From the NCBI GenBank assembly GCA_030141605.1, contig JAQGDQ010000301.1, forward strand, positions 1 through 64,000: a DNA stretch of 64,000 nucleotides, given 5' to 3'. The notes below the pieces were generated by a model that did no database searches, was not told where the DNA came from, and saw nothing but the letters and a program-made list of their open reading frames with translations. This DNA is from Tubiluchus corallicola (Eukaryota; Animalia; Priapulida). Numbering within the stretch: position 1 is the stretch's first letter; each line of letters begins with the position of its first letter. A program made the position numbers and the translations under genes. Below, piece after piece: positions 51,289 to 62,611 of the stretch.

Positions 51289-52850
51289 CTAGCCAAACCC
51301 CACAAAAAGAATTTTGTGCACAAATCAACACACAACCCACACCACACCACTCCACCTCATCACACCACACTGCACCACACCATCCCACTCCACCTCATCG
51401 CACCACACTGCACCATACAATACCACCACACCATACCACCTACACACCACACCACCCACACCATACCACTCCACCACATCACACCACACCATACCACTGC
51501 ACCACCCACACACCACACCACACCACCCACACCATACGACTCCACCACATCACACCACACTGCACCACACCATACCACTGCAGCACACCGCACCACCCAC
51601 ACACCACACACACCACCCACACCATACGACTCCACCACATTACACCACACTGCACCACACCATACCACTGCACCACACCACACCGCACCACCCACACACC
51701 ACACCATAATACTCCACCACATCACACCGCACTGCACCACACCATAACACCACACTGCACTACAACACCCACCCACACGCCACGCCACCCACTCCATACC
51801 ACACTAACCACACGACACCCCACACACCCTATCACCCCACCACACCATCCATAGCACAACACACAAAGCACACCACCACCACACCACATCAAATCCACCA
51901 CCTCATGTGGTGATCATGATGATGATGATGGGGGCAACGATGACGACACCTATAGCACAAGCACCAACAGCATTACAACAAAACAATTCAAAACATTTTT
52001 CACAAAGTTGAAACTATGTGCTATAATATAATAAATAGCAAAGGCCCCGCAAAAGATTTTGCATAAAAAACCACGTATAATCAATAATACGCGAACATCC
52101 TACCTAGTCCTCATGTATAACGCAAAGCCCTTAACATCATGCCTACTGTTTGTTTAACTAACTCAAAGCCTGTAGCTTTTACTGAATTAAAGCTATAAGG
52201 TTATAGACAGAGTACAATGGATGACGTCAGAACAATGGTTTTGCGTCAGCAGTTTTCTAAGCGAAAATTGCAAAAAATAGAACATCTAATTAACTCGTCA
52301 ATACTCCTCTCGGTGGACCTGCCCTAAAATATAGCCTACATCATCGTGTAGCCCCGTTCGTCCTCTTTCTGAGGAGCCATATATCTCCTTCCGAGAGTCC
52401 CACCAGGCGCCGCTAGAGCGTTTTTCCCGCAGGCTGTTTGGTCAAAATTTCGAAAAAATCGCGAGTTGGGTCCGGGAAAACGCCCGTTGCAGGACCCCGT
52501 GGCCCTCTCGGGAATTCTAAATAGGCCTATGACACCCAGCGCTGAACGGGCTATCTATCCATGCCCAGCACCACCCTCGGCCCGTTCCCGTTCTCTACAT
52601 CTCAGCCGTATAACTTTTGCAATTTTTTGCAAAAAACGGCCGAAAAATGGCCATTTTTGGGGGTTTTTCGCCTCCCCTTCCTCGCAGTGGGCCCAATTCG
52701 AAAAATAAACCATCAATGGCACGACACTAGATGGAGACCTTTCGTTTGATATATAGATCGCCGCAAATGGTGCCCTCGTCGGAGCTGTAGCCTCGAATCT
52801 TATATATAAATATATAAATTAAGATACCAAGAATATTAATATAAGAGAGA
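51289..52850 (-). mobile_element. Composite non-autonomous Helitron: second unit-A copy (52035-52850) plus CACCA-rich extension with its own hairpin-CTAG end
   Basis: 52035-52850 is highly similar to 50491-51288 and its 5' TC is preceded by A (52851). The inner terminus reads CTAT instead of CTAG. The outer terminus is CACAAAA-TTCT-TTTTGTG..GGCTAG at 51289. Confidence 0.75.
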
Positions 52851-53024
52851 TAGATAGATGATCAACTTGATGACTTACCCTACAAAATTTCAATAGTTTT
52901 TTGTGCATTATTGTAGTGTTCAGAGAATAACATATCCAAATAGGCCGAAATTTGAGTAATGGGCATACTCATGACGCCAAAAGAGATTTTGTCTACCAGA
53001 GTGCTGGTTACCAGAGTGTCTACC

Positions 53025-53285
53025 ATAATTGCTAGTTTCAGTATCACACAGAGACTGTGATAGCGTAATTGCTAGTTTCTGTATCACACCGAGACTGTGA
53101 TAGCATAATTGCTAGTTTCTGTATCACACCGAGACTACGATAGCGTAATTGCTATTTTCAGTATAGCACGGAGATTACGACAACATAATTGGTAGTTTCA
53201 GTATTACACCAAGATTAGATAGCGTAATTGCTAGTATCAGTATTACACTGAGACTACGATAACATAATTGCTAGTTTCAGTATCT
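53025..53285. repeat. Minisatellite, ~39-40-bp unit, ~6.5 copies
   Basis: TAATTGCTAGTTTC(A)GTATCACACCGAGACT..GATAGC. repeated. Confidence 0.9.
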
Positions 53286-53376
53286 CTGAATATATCTTTA
53301 AATGTTACAACATTTAAACCAAAGGCACCTTATCGGTTTTCAATAACCTAATTTAATTAATGTAAACATTTTACAG

Positions 53377-53493
53377 ATCCCGCTAAAGGCATGACAGGCT
53401 TTGAGAGATATCTAAATGTTTTTCAAAATGCTGCCAGGAAACTCGAAAAACACAGAATCAGACGAAATGACTCTTTTTCAAGAAAGATTACAG
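53377..53493 (+). CDS. CHST15-like (GalNAc4S-6-O-sulfotransferase-like) gene, internal exon a
   Basis: ttttacag|...|gtatag; 117 bp, phase 1-1. Encodes xPAKGMTGFERYLNVFQNAARKLEKHRIRRNDSFSRKIT-G, like the YLDLFD.AA....IIGE region of CHST15, and splices in frame to the next exon. Confidence 0.75.
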
Positions 53494-53724
53494 GTATAGT
53501 GATAGCAACTTTGTAAAATGCATTTCAATTAACATTTTTGAGATATATAACATTTACAATATTTATAGCAGATATTATAGCATTTATAAGACAACATGGA
53601 TAGCATTTATAGATAACATGTTTTTACTCAGCCTTTTAAATCTTCACGTTATGGAGTAATCTCTATATGTAATTTCGCTGCATCTGGATTTATGTTTGAG
53701 CTTAAAACTCCATTGATTGTATGT

Positions 53725-54755
53725 CATTTCGCCAGTCTTCTTTTTTGCCAGTGTACTTTTTCGCCAGTCTTCTTTTGTGCCAGTCTTCTTTTTCGCCAGC
53801 CTCTCGGAAGCGTATCTAGGAAACTAAGCATGGTGAAGCAAAAATATTACCAGATTCTGAATGTTCACATTCTTGTCTATTCATCTCATGCTCATTTATC
53901 TATCATCTCACTTATTGCCATATTCTGGTTAAACTAAATATGATTTACAAATATGACGAAGTAGATCTGAATCGAATGATGTATAACATGCCGTTGTATA
54001 GCTTAAGGCTTTCGTTCATAGAGCATTTAAAGGAAAAAATGCAATTTTTGCAATTGGCATATACGTTAAGTTTATTAAGCATGGTACATAGAGATCGCGC
54101 TTCTTGGTGGAGTAACTGCTTCTCAAAAATAGATGTATAGACAAAAATAGATATTCGGGTCATAACTCATGTGCGTCAAGCAGCTACAATACGAAATTGT
54201 AAGCTGAGATGAGTCTAGTTTTTGAGTTATTCTAAAAACGCGTGTCTCAGAAACTAAACATCACAGAACGAAAATAACAGAAAATTCTGAATTTAAATTT
54301 CCGACCGGACATCATTTTTATTGTCTTTTCCGGCTAAACGAAACTGGACTCGAGATTTTGAGGGCAGTGCATCAGATTCTTCATTTCAATGCGAACCAAT
54401 GATGTATGACATGCCTCTGCAGTGCTTATATCTTCCGTTTACAAAGCGCTTAAACGGAAAACCATGTGATTACCTAATAATATATCAATATTTACCTATA
54501 AATATACGTAAGTTAAGTCTTCTTTGTTAATCATTATTACACCGTCGAAAAGATAGACCGGCGAAAAAGTGTACTGGCGAAAAAGTAGACTGATGAAAAA
54601 GTAGACTGGCGAAAAAGTAGACTGGTGAAATAGTAGACTGGCGAAAAAGTGTACTGGCGAAAAAGTGGACTGGCGAAAAAGTGGACTGGCAAAAAAGTGT
54701 ACTGGCGAAAAAGTGGACTGGCGAAAAAGTGGACTGGCAAAAAAGTAGGCGGCGA
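53725..54755. mobile_element. Foldback/MITE-like element with inverted arrays of a 16-bp unit
   Basis: ~12 copies of GT(G/A)GACTGGCGAAAAA at 54555-54750 and ~4 reverse-complement copies at 53728-53800. Confidence 0.6.
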
Positions 54756-55984
54756 TAGTAGATAGTCGTCTCACTGAAGTTTTTTTCGAATCGGGCCCAC
54801 AATGAGGAACAAGGAGGCGAAAAAACTTCAAAATTTTGTCTGTTTTCGGCATTGCATTAATGATCCATGCCTATAGCGGTTGGCTAGCTCGTTCAGCGTT
54901 GGATGTAGTAGTTGGCATACTTAATATTCTCAGGAGGGCCACCGTTTCTTACAACCTGATATTCCCTGACATTGCCTAGAAGAACATAGAGATTGAGAAT
55001 GATCAGATGACATATCAACATTGTTTCACGAATTATGTTAAAGGTAGAATTTGATCAGACCAGTGGTAATTGCAGTTCACAAAAACCAGTTCAGAATTCC
55101 AAATGTCAACTCTTCTAAAAAGTAAGCTACCATCAAAAAACCAATTGTCTTCCAATCACAAATGGTTTGTGGCAAACATTAAGCAACCTGGGACAGATAT
55201 ATAACTAACATCATAGCAGTGTGTGACATTGTTCAATAATGCTGCTTCAGCCAATTAAACAGTCTATATTCTCTCTTTAGCTGTAATACACTTGGTTTCA
55301 AATTTCCAAAGAACGAGTTATCAAAATATCTCGAATCCTGTAGTGAAGGGACATGTAGCAACCCTTTGTTAACGTATCATGTTCTTGAATTTCGCCCACG
55401 CATAGACAGGGAAAGATTAATCCAAGTAAGCAATCTCTAGCAGAATATCAAAAATTTCTGTCAAAAGAAGATGTTCCTCCTCAGTGATATTTACCCCTAA
55501 TGGAATGTTCTGCATTATCAGTTTGAAGATCGCAATGCTAACCTCTAGCAGACTTTTAGTTTACAAAATAAAAACAATATGAAAAAAATGTAAGATTCAA
55601 CGACGCTGTTTACTGCCTTTCTCCTGTAGACCAAGAAACAATGTTGTAACGGAATTATCCATATTTGGCAAATAGATGTAACTACAGCAAATTGGAATTT
55701 TTTGCCAAACGGTTTCGAAGAAACTGTTCATTGTCAAAGCATATAAAACAAAGAAATTTACTGGAATTTAGAAACAACACTGAAATACAATTCAGTAGTT
55801 AGATAGCTAAAAGATATACAATATGACATTGAATAGAATAATTTAACAATTTACCTTGCAGATTACTCTCTCGATTGGTACGAAACTATGCTACACTCAC
55901 AAACAAACAAACTAATGTCTTAATAGTAACAAAACTGTCAATATTAGGGAGCTGCCATTTTTTGCTGAATTCCACAAAACACAA

Positions 55985-56130
55985 TAGACCGTAGTAGTGG
56001 CAAACCGTTTGGTGAACCGCAATAGTGGGGAACCGTAGCTGTGGCATACCATAACAGTGGCAAACTGTAACAGTTGTGAACCTTAGTAATGGTGAACTGT
56101 GATGTGGGCGAATACCCACATGGATGAATA
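55985..56130. repeat. Short degenerate ~19-bp tandem array
   Basis: ACCGTAGTAGTGGCAA-like units. Confidence 0.55.
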
Positions 56131-56749
56131 CCAAACAAAAAAGTGGTTTATTAACAATTAATAGCTATTAGATCTACTAATCACAATCATTAAACGGATG
56201 ATTAATTAAATTAAATGATAACTGGCTCAGCTTCTCCAACGTATTTATTAAATCCTATGGGATGTCTCTGATAACCCTCGTAATGAGAAATATGAGAAAT
56301 AATAACCCAGTAAATTTGAACTCTAGTTGTTTGGTCTACAAGCTACTGCAAGCTACATGCTGTTTGGTCTAATTTATTCCGAGCCAGGAGGTTACTCTTA
56401 ATTGAATTAAAGTCAGTTAAAAATTATTATCAAAAGTCCATAAGCAAATATGAGAGGTTGGTATCTGGTCAAATGAGTGACCGCGTAAAAAACAATGGAG
56501 GTTCCTATTTCTTTGCTGAATACAAAAGAAGATGTCATGGTGAGGAGTAGGTGTGGTACTAGAAACTTTGTTATTGGTAAGTTTGTTAAAGGTAATTTTG
56601 GTACGAGAAGATTTTTGTGCTGGGTTCAAGTAAATGTGGTACAAGGTAAAAATGGTACGGGACAAGTTTGGTACTAAGAAAGTTTGTTACTACGAAAATT
56701 CGTTTTTATTTGTTTTTGTTCGCTTCCTCTTTGTTTGTTTGTCTGTTGT

Positions 56750-57315
56750 TTGTTATTTGTCATTGTTGTTGTTTGACTGTTTTTTGCTCGCTATTTTGTT
56801 GTGATTACTACCATCCCCACCACAACCACCATCATCACTACAATCATCATCATCACCATTGTTGTCATGTCACCATTGTTACTTTTGTTGTTGTTGTCGC
56901 TGTTGCTGCTGCAGCTGCTGTTATTCCTGTTGTTTGCTAGTTTCTTGCATGCTGATTTTGTGGTCTTCATTATTGTCATCACCATCATTGTCATTGTTAT
57001 TGTAACATTCATCATTTTGATGCTGTTGCAGTTGTTGTTGTTGCTGTTGTGATCGTTGTTGTAGTCTTAGTCATTCGTGTTGCGGATGTTCATGTTGTTA
57101 GTAATGATGGTCACCAGTGTTATGGTAGCTGCTGATGTGCCACTAAGTAACGATAGACTATTACTGACTATGTTTTCGTCATCGTTATCATCATTATCAC
57201 AACCATCATCACTATCATAATCATCAATATCGTCAGCACCACCACCACCACCACCATCATCATCATCATCGCCACCCTCATCAGCACCATCATCATCATT
57301 ATTGTCATTGTCGAT
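56750..57315. repeat. Compound trinucleotide low-complexity tract (GTT/CAT/CAC)
   Basis: Directly visible. Confidence 0.85.
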
Positions 57316-58418
57316 ATCAACAGAGAATCATTAAATCATGAAAACCAAACTATGCTTATGTGTAACTGCAATACTCATAGTGACACTTATTTATATGAAG
57401 GTGCTCTAAGAACACGGTCGAGATTGGGGAAGAAACAAAGGGATTAGAACAATGATGCCCACATTCTTGCTCACAGCAATGTGTTTTCTCTCGTTATTGT
57501 GTTAGTTAACAACAGCGTTTTAGTTATTTACAAAAATTCTACTTATGATAATATATGTTGGTGAAGGACCAATGGTACATCGTATGTAAGTTTTATAAGT
57601 AAATTAATTTAATTAAATTTATGAATTCTATCTGTAAATTTATGGAAGCAGTTTGACCAACAGGTTATCTTTTTGTTACTTATTAAGCTTCCATTTATCA
57701 TTTTATTTCTTACTTGTTAATGTTCTCTTTATTATTATTCCCTTTAGAATGAACGACTTGATATTATGATATAAATGATAAACTGAAGGCGTTTCTGTCC
57801 ATAACATTACGTTTTTTTCCTGTGATGTCTTCGGCGTCACTTCTCTGTTCTTGTATCAGTTCAAATAAAGAAAGGTTTTTCCTGAAAAAAACAAATGGGA
57901 GAAAGCTTTTCGGAACAAGTAATAACAAAATAAGAAAATAATATTACAACAGCACTCGAAGTACGGTTTAAAAGTGACTGTTTGCGGTCTTGGTTTCAGC
58001 AGTTTGTAGCATATCAAGTCAAAGACAGACTAGTACAGGTATGCACATGATTTGTTGACCACAAGTGTCCCGCGTGGAGTAACGACAAGTTCCGATTTCA
58101 TTAAATAAACACGCAGCTCACAGACAATCAATCATTGCGAATTTAATGTACCGGGTGTGCAATATTATGATGTTGAAGAAGCGAAATTATTGAATATCAA
58201 ATTTCATTGACTTCTAGTTTATATCGTTTGCAGAAACACTGCAGCGACAGCAAAATTGTCCACTGCAACTGTTTGCATCACGTTCCTAGATAACGTATTT
58301 ATTTGTTTTAAAATTTTTTACAAAAGATATAAAACGTATATTTAAATATGTGGCTAATAGATTGTATTTTTCTTTGTAGTTTTTCATATCTTGCATCTTT
58401 TTTGTTTTTTACACCAAG

Positions 58419-58530
58419 GTGACTTTACACCGAGCTACATGAGTGATGGAGGGCAATTCTTAGCAGAAGACTTACATTGGTTAACACCTTCAGCAAGGAT
58501 TATTGTCACTCTCAGAAACCCCACTGACAG
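58419..58530 (+). CDS. CHST15-like sulfotransferase, internal exon b (3'-phosphate-binding motif)
   Basis: Polypyrimidine..caag|...|gtaagt; 112 bp, phase 1-2. Encodes G-DFTPSYMSDGGQFLAEDLHWLTPSARIIVTLRNPTD-R, containing the sulfotransferase 3'-PB motif. Confidence 0.85.
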
Positions 58531-60216
58531 GTAAGTCCAGAATGGTTTAAAAGTGACCCATAGGCTGTCTGTATTTTCTGATTTTTATTTAAAAGTCAAA
58601 TTATCACTACATCAATGAATTGTATTGTTTTTCAAACCAGCCAGTTAGCGGGGGGGGGGATTCATTCAGATAAATTGGTTTCAACAGAAACTTACATTTC
58701 TGTACTGAAAGGGTATGTTCGTGCAATACTAATCAAACTCGGCAAAAAAATTTACTCGACAACTTGCACAACAGGCCACACCATTTGTAAGAAAACACAC
58801 ACTACCCGCTGAAGTTTACTGGTACAGCACATAGACATCAGAAACACCTCACAACACCACTAGACAACTGCCACACCATCTACAGCAGACTATGCCATAT
58901 CTTACACTACAAATGCTAAACACCCATCTACCCACTGTCACTCATTTTTTAAATTTTTTAGAATTGAACAACAACTCTTGTAAATGGCAACATAAAATTG
59001 GGAACATTGGTAATAAGTCAATCAGATTTTGGTAACAATGACATAATTTGAAGCAAAAGCTTATCAGAACATAAAACATTAAAAACTGAATCGTAATTAT
59101 GAGTTTATGTTGAATTTTGTACTTGCAGTTTTTGCAGGCAGCAGATTTTTCCCTGGTTAACGACTGTAAGACTTCAGTTATTAATTCAGTATTCCAGATA
59201 AAAGACAGTAGATGAATTTACTCTCAGTAAATGGATTTACCGCCTACATTAATCTAATTATACGTAAGACCAACAGACTGTGGGTTAAAATCGGTAGTCA
59301 GTAGCTCTCATTTTTACTTTAATTAATTGTTTGCGTAACTCACATTACGATCTGTAGTGGAATTCACAAGTTATTATAGAAAGCTTTAAGTCTCTCATTA
59401 CATTAACAAGGGAAAACGAATAACTGGCCTTAAAACACACAAAATATTTATTAAAAACAAGGAATAAGCATCGTGCAGCTACACTATATGTTTGTGTCCA
59501 AATAAATTCTTCCATTATTAATGCGTATATTTAGAAAAATTGTGACCGGGAACACAAAAGAATTTCCAGGATAGCATATGGTGTTCTCAGAAATCTTCAT
59601 TTCAGTATATACAAAAAATGAAAATAATAAATTTGACTGCTTTTCGCTGCTTACAAATGTATAATAATCTAATTATTATAATTTAAGATAATAAAGTAAA
59701 TATTACTCACATCGTGTGGCTATAACAACTTAACACATCCTTGGAACGTCATACTGGGTTACAGCAAATCAGGTAAAGATGCTATTCTTGAACATTTATC
59801 TAAGCATTATTTTACGTTTGCTGAGGCTTCTGTGAGCGTGTTTAGTGAATCACAACCTAATTTACAACTTCACAGGTAAAATTACAGGTAAGTTCACATA
59901 GGTGCTGCTACCTACATGTTAAGGCCAGAAACTGACCTTAACAAAGATTGCCTAAGAATTATCTGCTGCTGTGTTTTTTGAAAGTTCCTGTTAATTTTTG
60001 CAAATCTGCAATTTTGTCTGAGCTGTTGGTTCGTTCCTTTAATGTATGATTATTGCCTTCTTTTTGAAGTACATTTTGTGCTCCATGTTGGAGCTGGCAC
60101 TAAACTTGCAACCAGGACACTGACTTTGTATTTGCTTGTACTAACCGACACGTTAAAAAAGCGTCATGGTTTACCGAGGCCGTTGGTTTTAAAAAAAATA
60201 ACAGAAAAAGCTGCGA

Positions 60217-61196
60217 CACTCACAGTAACTGACTGGCAGTCACTCAGTAAACTGTCTGACTAGCTCACACTCAGTAACTGACTGGCAGTCACTCAGTAAA
60301 CTCTCTAACTAGCTCACACTCAGTAACTCACTGGTGTCACTCAGTAAACTCTCTAACTAGCTCACACTCAGTAACTGACTGGCAGTCACTCAGTGAACTC
60401 TCTGACTAGCTCACACTCAGTAACTGACTGGCAGTCACTCAGTGAACTCTCTAACTAGCTCACACACAGTATCTGACTGGCAGTCACTCAGTAAACTCTC
60501 TAACTAGCTCACACTCAGTAACTGAATGGCAGTCACTCAGTAAACTCTCTAACTAGCTCACACTCAGTAACTCACTGGCAGTCACTCAGTAAACTCTCTA
60601 ACTAGCTCACACTCGGTAACTGGCAGTCACTCAGTAAACTCTCTAACTAGCTCACACTCAGTAACTCACTGGCAGTCACTCAGTAAACTCTCTAACTAGC
60701 TCACACTCGGTAACTGACTGGTGTCACTCAGTAAACTCTCTAACTAGCTCACACTCAGTAACTGACTGGCAGTCACTCAGTGAACTCTCTGACTAGCTCA
60801 CACTCAGTAACTGACTGGCAGTCACTCAGTGAACTCTCTAACTAGCTCACACACAGTATCTGACTGGCAGTCACTCAGTAAACTCTCTAACTAGCTCACA
60901 CTCAGTAACTGACTGGCAGTCACCCAGTAAACTCTCTAACTAGCTCACACTCAGTAACTCACTGGCAGTCACTCAGTAAACTCTCTAACTAGCTCACACT
61001 CGGTAACTGGCAGTCACTCAGTAAACTCTCTAACTAGCTCACACTCAGTAACTCACTGGCAGTCACTCAGTGAACTCTCTAACTAGCTCACACACAGTAT
61101 CTGACTGGCAGTCACTCAGTAAACTCTCTAACTAGCTCACACTCAGTAACTGACTGGCAGTCACCCAGTAAACTGTCCGACTAGCTCACACTCAGT
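60217..61196. repeat. Minisatellite, 49-bp unit, ~20 copies
   Basis: Unit CACACTCAGTAACTGACTGGCAGTCACTCAGTAAACTCTCTAACTAGCT; period confirmed by TAGCT at 60261 and 60310. Confidence 0.95.
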
Positions 61197-62414
61197 CTTT
61201 GGCAAGACAGACTCTAGAACTGCCTTTGTTTGGCAAACTTGGCGCATCTCTTAACACTTATATCTTTTATCATGGTGACACATTTGGAACCATCAAGTCA
61301 TGAAAGTACATCGTCTTAAAATAAACAAACGTCAGACACTAAACCTGCAGTTTGGAGTATTTTTATCGGATCTGACTATTAGCTATCGCAACAACGCAAT
61401 GCACTACACATGGTTCATATGCAGAACCAACATATAAGGAGATACAATAACACTCTTCTAAACTGTGTTTGCTTTAGCATAGTGATACAGCAGTAAACAC
61501 TGCTTCTAGACTACACGAATTTTTTAAAAAAAGTGAGCTCCTAGATGCTTTTCAGAAAACCGCCATTATAGCCGGTCTTAACAACTTGACTATGCTGAAT
61601 TCAAAGGCGTTTGCCAGCTGGTAAAAATGCCTGAAAAAATTGTCAAAAATTCAAAGATCAAAATGTGCCGCAAAGATTTTGCACAAACGAATACAAATCA
61701 AAAGAAATTTAAACTGTTCAACCGGCTAAAAATAAAATAGCTGCTGAGTTCACCAAGTAATAACTTTTAGCTGTGTGGTGAAAAATTCATTTCGCCTAAA
61801 TGATTAATTTTTTAAGTGAATAATTTTGGATATTACCCCGAGCGAAATTCATCTATTGTAGACACTATTCTGAAGATGGCGGTATATATGGCTGTTTTTA
61901 AAAGGCGAATCGTAGCTCTTAGAGGAAATATGATGATGATAATGCAGTATAAAACACAGCTTGTCATATATATATATATACATTTTTCCTTTTTTGTAAT
62001 GTGGAAAAATAGGAGAAAGGACAGATAGTAATACAGAACTGCTGTTCACTGCAGCTTATTATTTAAACGTTAAACATTGCAAACAAAAGATTATAATAAT
62101 AAAAAGGTATGAAAATTCAACTTTGCATAAATTGCAAGTACCATAAGTTTTGAAAATAAAACTATTATTCTTTCCAATTAGCAACAAAAATTGACTAGAA
62201 AAAAGATAAATAATCAAACATCAATAATCAATGATCAAAAAAGACATTAACCAGTCTTGTTAATTTTGCCACTTTAGCAGGGAAAAGGAAGATGACGGAC
62301 GAAACAATTGCATCTTACATGACAGACCTTCAAGGATATTAGAGGTCACATTCTATGTATGACAATGTATATGTGTAATAATGTAATAACACAGGCAATT
62401 TTGTTTTGTTGCAG

Positions 62415-62611
62415 GTTGGTGTCATGGTATAACTCACAAGCTTGGAAATACCTTCCTGATGACAGTGACTCCCTTCGCCCCACGAGAAATTCACGACGAT
62501 GTCAAACGGAAAATTGCTCAATATCGGAATTGTTTAATGACAAGAAAATTACGCAGTTTGAACAAAAATGCGTGTGTGTTTGATAAAAAGTTTAGAAAAG
62601 TTTCATCAAAG
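62415..62611 (+). CDS. CHST15-like sulfotransferase, internal exon c (contains a +1 frameshift as written)
   Basis: ttgcag|...|gtaagc. Reads R-LVSWYNSQAWKYLPDDSDSL, then in the next frame PREIHDDVKRKIAQYRNCL..NACVFD, like the CHST15 RLYSDY..FHEKV....F..C.......CVY region. Confidence 0.8.

Noticed and set aside
51314-51797. His/Thr/Pro-rich and Val/Trp/Cys-rich ORFs
   Set aside because: Translations of the CACCA repeat inside a Helitron, open in several frames on both strands.
54496-54852. Repetitive FFASPLFRQ ORFs
   Set aside because: Translations of the 16-bp tandem repeat.
60217-61196. CRISPR-like look (regular palindromic repeats)
   Set aside because: The units are contiguous with no unique spacers, there are no cas genes, and the context is a eukaryotic intron.
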